From Pseudomonadota bacterium (lineage in GTDB: Bacteria > Bdellovibrionota_F > JAHFAK01 > JBDREC01), in the NCBI GenBank assembly GCA_043820105.1, contig JBDREC010000090.1, forward strand, positions 1 through 64,000: a DNA stretch of 64,000 nucleotides, read 5' to 3'. The notes beneath the pieces are model-generated. The model was not told where the DNA came from. It was given only the letters and a program-made list of their open reading frames with translations, and did not search any database. Below are positions 60,471-64,000 of this stretch, piece by piece. The position numbers and the translations under genes are program-made. Within the stretch, counting starts at the first letter, position 1. Every line of letters starts with the position of its first letter.

Positions 60471-61853
60471 ATGATGTATGATTTGATTATAAAAAACGGA
60501 ACCATCTTGACTTCACAAAAAATCTTTAAATCTGAGATTGCTGTAAAAAATGAAAAAATTGTGGAAATTGCTAAGAAAATTCAAGGTTCAGCTAAGGAAG
60601 TAATTGACGCCAGTGGGCTTTATGTAATGCCAGGAGGCATTGATGTGCATGTGCATTTTGAAAATGTGTTTTCAGGTTATACTATAGCTGATGATTTTGA
60701 GTCAGGTTCTATTTCAGCAGCTGCTGGTGGGGTGACAACGTTTATAGATTTCGCTAATCAAGACCCCAAGACTGGCCTTTTAGGCGGAGTCAAGCAGCGC
60801 ATTGCTCAAGCTGCAAAGAAGTCATGTGTCGATTTCTCAGTGCATGCAACTATTACAGATTGGTCATTAAAAACAAAAAAACAAATGCAAGCTTGCATTG
60901 ATTTTGGGGTGCCTTCTTTTAAGATGTTTACTATCTATGAAGAAAGAGGACTAAAATCAGAAGACCATGAAATATTTCAGGCCTTAGAAGAATCAAAGAA
61001 AAAAGGTGCTTTAATTATGATTCATGCTGAATCTGAAAAAGTCATGAATCATCTTATTGAAAAATATTCAAAAGATATGAAAAAATTTGGAGCTTATGCG
61101 CACGCTTTATCACGTCCTAACTATATTGAAGCCGAAGCTGTTTCGCGCATGATTAAGTGGGCTGAAGTTACTAAAGGAAATTTGTACATTGTTCATATGT
61201 CAACAGGTGAGGCGAGTGATTTAATTAAAAACGCGAAATCAAAAGGCTTAAATGTTGATGCAGAAACTTCCCCGATATATTTAACTTTAACTGATGATTT
61301 ATTTAAAAAAGAAAATGGCCACTTCTATGCCACTTGCCCACAGCTTAAAAAGAAAAAGGATTGCACAAGGCTTTGGCAAGGCTTAAAAGCTGAAATTGAG
61401 ATAATCTCAACTGATACCTGCCCATTTTCGATAAAAGACAAGAATAAGTGGAAGGGCGATTTTCGAAAGATTGCTTATGGACTTCCTGGTGTTGAAACCA
61501 TGATTCCTATTTTGTATACTGAAGGTGTATTAAAAGAAAAGGTGAGTCTTAAAAGATTTGTTTCATTAGTTTCAGAAAATCCTGCTAAAAAATTTGGGCT
61601 TTATCCGAAAAAAGGTTGTATAGAGGTTGGAGCAGACGCTGACTTTACAATCTTTCATCCAACAAAGAAAAAACTTGTTAAAGCCAAAAACCTAAAATCA
61701 AAATGTGACTTTTCACCATTTGAAGGCAAGAAGTTGGCAGCCTTTCCTGAATATACAATTTTACGAGGAAGGACAATTTATCAAAATGAACAGTGTTTTG
61801 CCTCAAAAGGATCAGGGAAGTTGTTAAGAAGAAAACTTTTAATAAAACGATAA
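60471..61853 (+). CDS. hydA: Dihydropyrimidinase/D-hydantoinase
   Basis: PGGIDVHVH, SFKMF, HAE, HMST, GLPGVET, KKG..EVGADAD. Confidence 0.88.
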   Translation: MMYDLIIKNGTILTSQKIFKSEIAVKNEKIVEIAKKIQGSAKEVIDASGLYVMPGGIDVHVHFENVFSGYTIADDFESGSISAAAGGVTTFIDFANQDPKTGLLGGVKQRIAQAAKKSCVDFSVHATITDWSLKTKKQMQACIDFGVPSFKMFTIYEERGLKSEDHEIFQALEESKKKGALIMIHAESEKVMNHLIEKYSKDMKKFGAYAHALSRPNYIEAEAVSRMIKWAEVTKGNLYIVHMSTGEASDLIKNAKSKGLNVDAETSPIYLTLTDDLFKKENGHFYATCPQLKKKKDCTRLWQGLKAEIEIISTDTCPFSIKDKNKWKGDFRKIAYGLPGVETMIPILYTEGVLKEKVSLKRFVSLVSENPAKKFGLYPKKGCIEVGADADFTIFHPTKKKLVKAKNLKSKCDFSPFEGKKLAAFPEYTILRGRTIYQNEQCFASKGSGKLLRRKLLIKR

Positions 61854-61899
61854 TTCGTCAAAACAAGGTCCTAAAAATATAGGAGTTGTTTTTTTAATA

Positions 61900-63483
61900 T
61901 TATTTTACAAGCACTACTGTAACCCAATACTGTGATTTTTTAGACCCTTCAGTTATGCCTACTCCATAATATTTCCATTCGGTTTTTGGTGGAATAAATG
62001 AATCAAGAAAGCTTATATCGTTAACTTTGTAGACTTGACCCCATACAGATCTAATACCATATTTGGCAACTTTAACTTTTTGAAAAAGATTTCCATAGTT
62101 AAGATTTGTGTCTACTTTATCTTCTTCAATCATCAGTTTAGTATGAATTTTGCATATTTTTGAGATTAGTGCATCTTCTTTTATTGCAGAATTAATTGAA
62201 GAGATTCTTTCTAAAATACTATTATTTAGTAAATCAAAACCTAATTCATCTGTTCTTTGAGCAAAGTTTTGAGTTATAACATAGACTCTTTTTCCATTTT
62301 CTTTTTTCACAAAGATTCCTGCTCCAGCATCACTTAAGTCTGGATCCATAATATTTCCCCTATGCGCTGGACTTTCCATTAATTTGTGAACAGCCTCAAA
62401 AATTGATTCATTTTTAGCGAGGTTTTCTGTAACTTTTACATAAAGAAAGCTAAGTCCTCTTGATCTTTGCTCAAGGGTGCTGCCGTTTCTTGAAACATGA
62501 CCAAAAAAATTATTGCGTGCCATATCTTCTGAATGAAGTCTCGCCATATTTCGCAATTCTTCATTAAAAATAAGTGGGTTTAAGTTCATTTTCTTTCTTA
62601 TATCATTAACAAGCTGAAAGAACTTGTTTTCTGCTTCTTCTATACTATTATAGATTTCTGGTTCATTTGGCATCATCTTTTTATCTCTTTCGTTTTCAGC
62701 TGAATATGGAATATCCACAAAGATTGGAAAAAGGTTTGCTACAGTGGGACCAAATTGAGTTGTGACCATTAGTTCCATTTTATATCTTCCAGATTTTTCA
62801 TTTAAAATAAGTTCACCTGAAAAATTGTTTCCTGAAACATTTAATGGATATTGATTAACCTTGCCTGATGGCGTTGTTGTATATATTTTAGGATTTTTAA
62901 CTTGTGAAAAGAGTTTACCAGATATTTTAATTGGCTTTGCTTCTTTTATTTCCTTTGGAATTGGTGATAGTTCTACAAATCTTTTTAATATAACTATTGT
63001 TCCAATGTATTCATCGTTTATGGAGCTAATCCCCATTCCAAATGTATCAAATTTGCTTTCTTTAATTTTTTTGGAAAGAGCTTTTGCAAGTGATACTTTA
63101 GTTTTTATTAAAAACGATTTTAAAGATGAAGAGGAACTTACAATGGCATGTGGAAAATATTTCGCTTCGCTAATTCCATTTATTAATAGTTCTGTTTGAA
63201 TTAGATCTCTATCTAAGGATGGATTGCTGGAGTTGATTGATTTATTAATGTTTCTGGTGGCATTAACGATTCTTTTATCTAAATAAAAAGGGGTTTGAGC
63301 ATTGAGTTTTCTAACCTTTAATAACCAGGTTGATATTTCTTTTTCGATAGCATTTAATTGTAGAGAATCTTGTTCTTGTGGATTGTTATAAAGGCTTTGC
63401 CCTAGACTTGTGATAGGGCTAGAAAACAAGCATATGACCAGGAATAGGACTAATTTTAAAGATAAAAAAGATTGTTTAATCAT
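61900..63483 (-). CDS. Exported CAP/SCP-domain protein
   Basis: LVNDIRK, ARLHSEDM..NFFGH, ENLA, LMESPAHRGNI; start taken at ATG 63483. Confidence 0.85.
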   Translation of the reverse strand: MIKQSFLSLKLVLFLVICLFSSPITSLGQSLYNNPQEQDSLQLNAIEKEISTWLLKVRKLNAQTPFYLDKRIVNATRNINKSINSSNPSLDRDLIQTELLINGISEAKYFPHAIVSSSSSLKSFLIKTKVSLAKALSKKIKESKFDTFGMGISSINDEYIGTIVILKRFVELSPIPKEIKEAKPIKISGKLFSQVKNPKIYTTTPSGKVNQYPLNVSGNNFSGELILNEKSGRYKMELMVTTQFGPTVANLFPIFVDIPYSAENERDKKMMPNEPEIYNSIEEAENKFFQLVNDIRKKMNLNPLIFNEELRNMARLHSEDMARNNFFGHVSRNGSTLEQRSRGLSFLYVKVTENLAKNESIFEAVHKLMESPAHRGNIMDPDLSDAGAGIFVKKENGKRVYVITQNFAQRTDELGFDLLNNSILERISSINSAIKEDALISKICKIHTKLMIEEDKVDTNLNYGNLFQKVKVAKYGIRSVWGQVYKVNDISFLDSFIPPKTEWKYYGVGITEGSKKSQYWVTVVLVK

Positions 63484-64000
63484 GTAAAATGAGATCCTTT
63501 TTCTTAGCAATTTCACTTTCAATTGTTTTTAAAATTTTACTGTTTTTTACATCAGCCTTATCATTGTCTACAATTTTAGATTTTAAATCTTCCAAAAAAG
63601 CGATGTCATTATTGGCTCTACTGTTAATTGATTCTATCAAATTATTAACAGGTTCAACAAAGCTTTTAAGCTCATCGAATTTTCTTAAGTTGCCAATTTT
63701 TCTAAGTTTGCCAGAGGCAATATCTTCCATGGATTTCATTATTCGAAACGCAGGGCCTGCAATTTTATGGGTTAACAACGTCCCCAAAATGAAAAGACTG
63801 AAAATTTGAACTATAAAAAATGTAATAAGATAATATAAGGTAAAATTATCTTCTTGTTCAACCATGCTTTGCAGTTCAAAATTCTGAATTGAAAGCAGAT
63901 CAGTTGCTTCTAATGAGGTTGTATAAAAATGATAACCCAGCAGTACATAAATAAGAGAACAAACTGCAATAACTATTAATGTATATTTAATCTGAAACTT
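63476..64000 (-). CDS. Membrane HAMP-domain protein (5' end beyond the window)
   Basis: Frame open to 64000 (KFQIKY...); THKIAGPAFRI, LRKFDEL. Confidence 0.7.
   Translation of the reverse strand, partial: KFQIKYTLIVIAVCSLIYVLLGYHFYTTSLEATDLLSIQNFELQSMVEQEDNFTLYYLITFFIVQIFSLFILGTLLTHKIAGPAFRIMKSMEDIASGKLRKIGNLRKFDELKSFVEPVNNLIESINSRANNDIAFLEDLKSKIVDNDKADVKNSKILKTIESEIAKKKDLILHD

Noticed and set aside
60471-61853. TDHCPF changed to TDTCPF in hydA as a sign of inactivation
   Set aside because: The metal-binding His, Lys and Asp residues are intact; a single substitution is insufficient evidence

Overview
AT-rich bacterial chromosome segment (roughly 30% GC by eye). The gene content points to a deltaproteobacterial-type lineage related to Myxococcota or Bdellovibrionota; this is an inference from a CdbA-like RHH gene, GD-repeat and TSP3 lipoproteins, a MalE-MalF fusion and sigma54 activators. 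Housekeeping blocks are a maltose-type ABC transporter, upp-hpt, hflKC, a two-component system, folE, sdhDCAB-pckG-glgC, GH57 and dihydropyrimidinase. They alternate with accessory blocks of secreted and lipoprotein genes. I saw no rRNA, tRNA or CRISPR array. Five things stand out. (1) A ~1950-aa protein fuses an apparently inactive tyrosine-recombinase domain to a Ser/Thr kinase, STAND-type NTPase, TPR, GAF, sigma54-activator and HTH. (2) At least eight sigma54 promoters precede secreted or lipoprotein genes, four with an AACATAA motif 68-69 bp upstream, and one appears to drive a ~67-nt sRNA. (3) A cluster of modular lipoproteins has a shared TSP3 module, a (Gly-Asp)n linker and variable C-termini. 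(4) Intergenic 6-9-mer tandem arrays are dispersed through the window, often as inverted pairs, and are stacked around a four-helix-bundle gene remnant at 34.3-34.9 kb. (5) A ~230-bp MITE family with 8-bp target duplications carries the 3' end of that gene, and one copy disrupts an unannotated secreted-protein gene.
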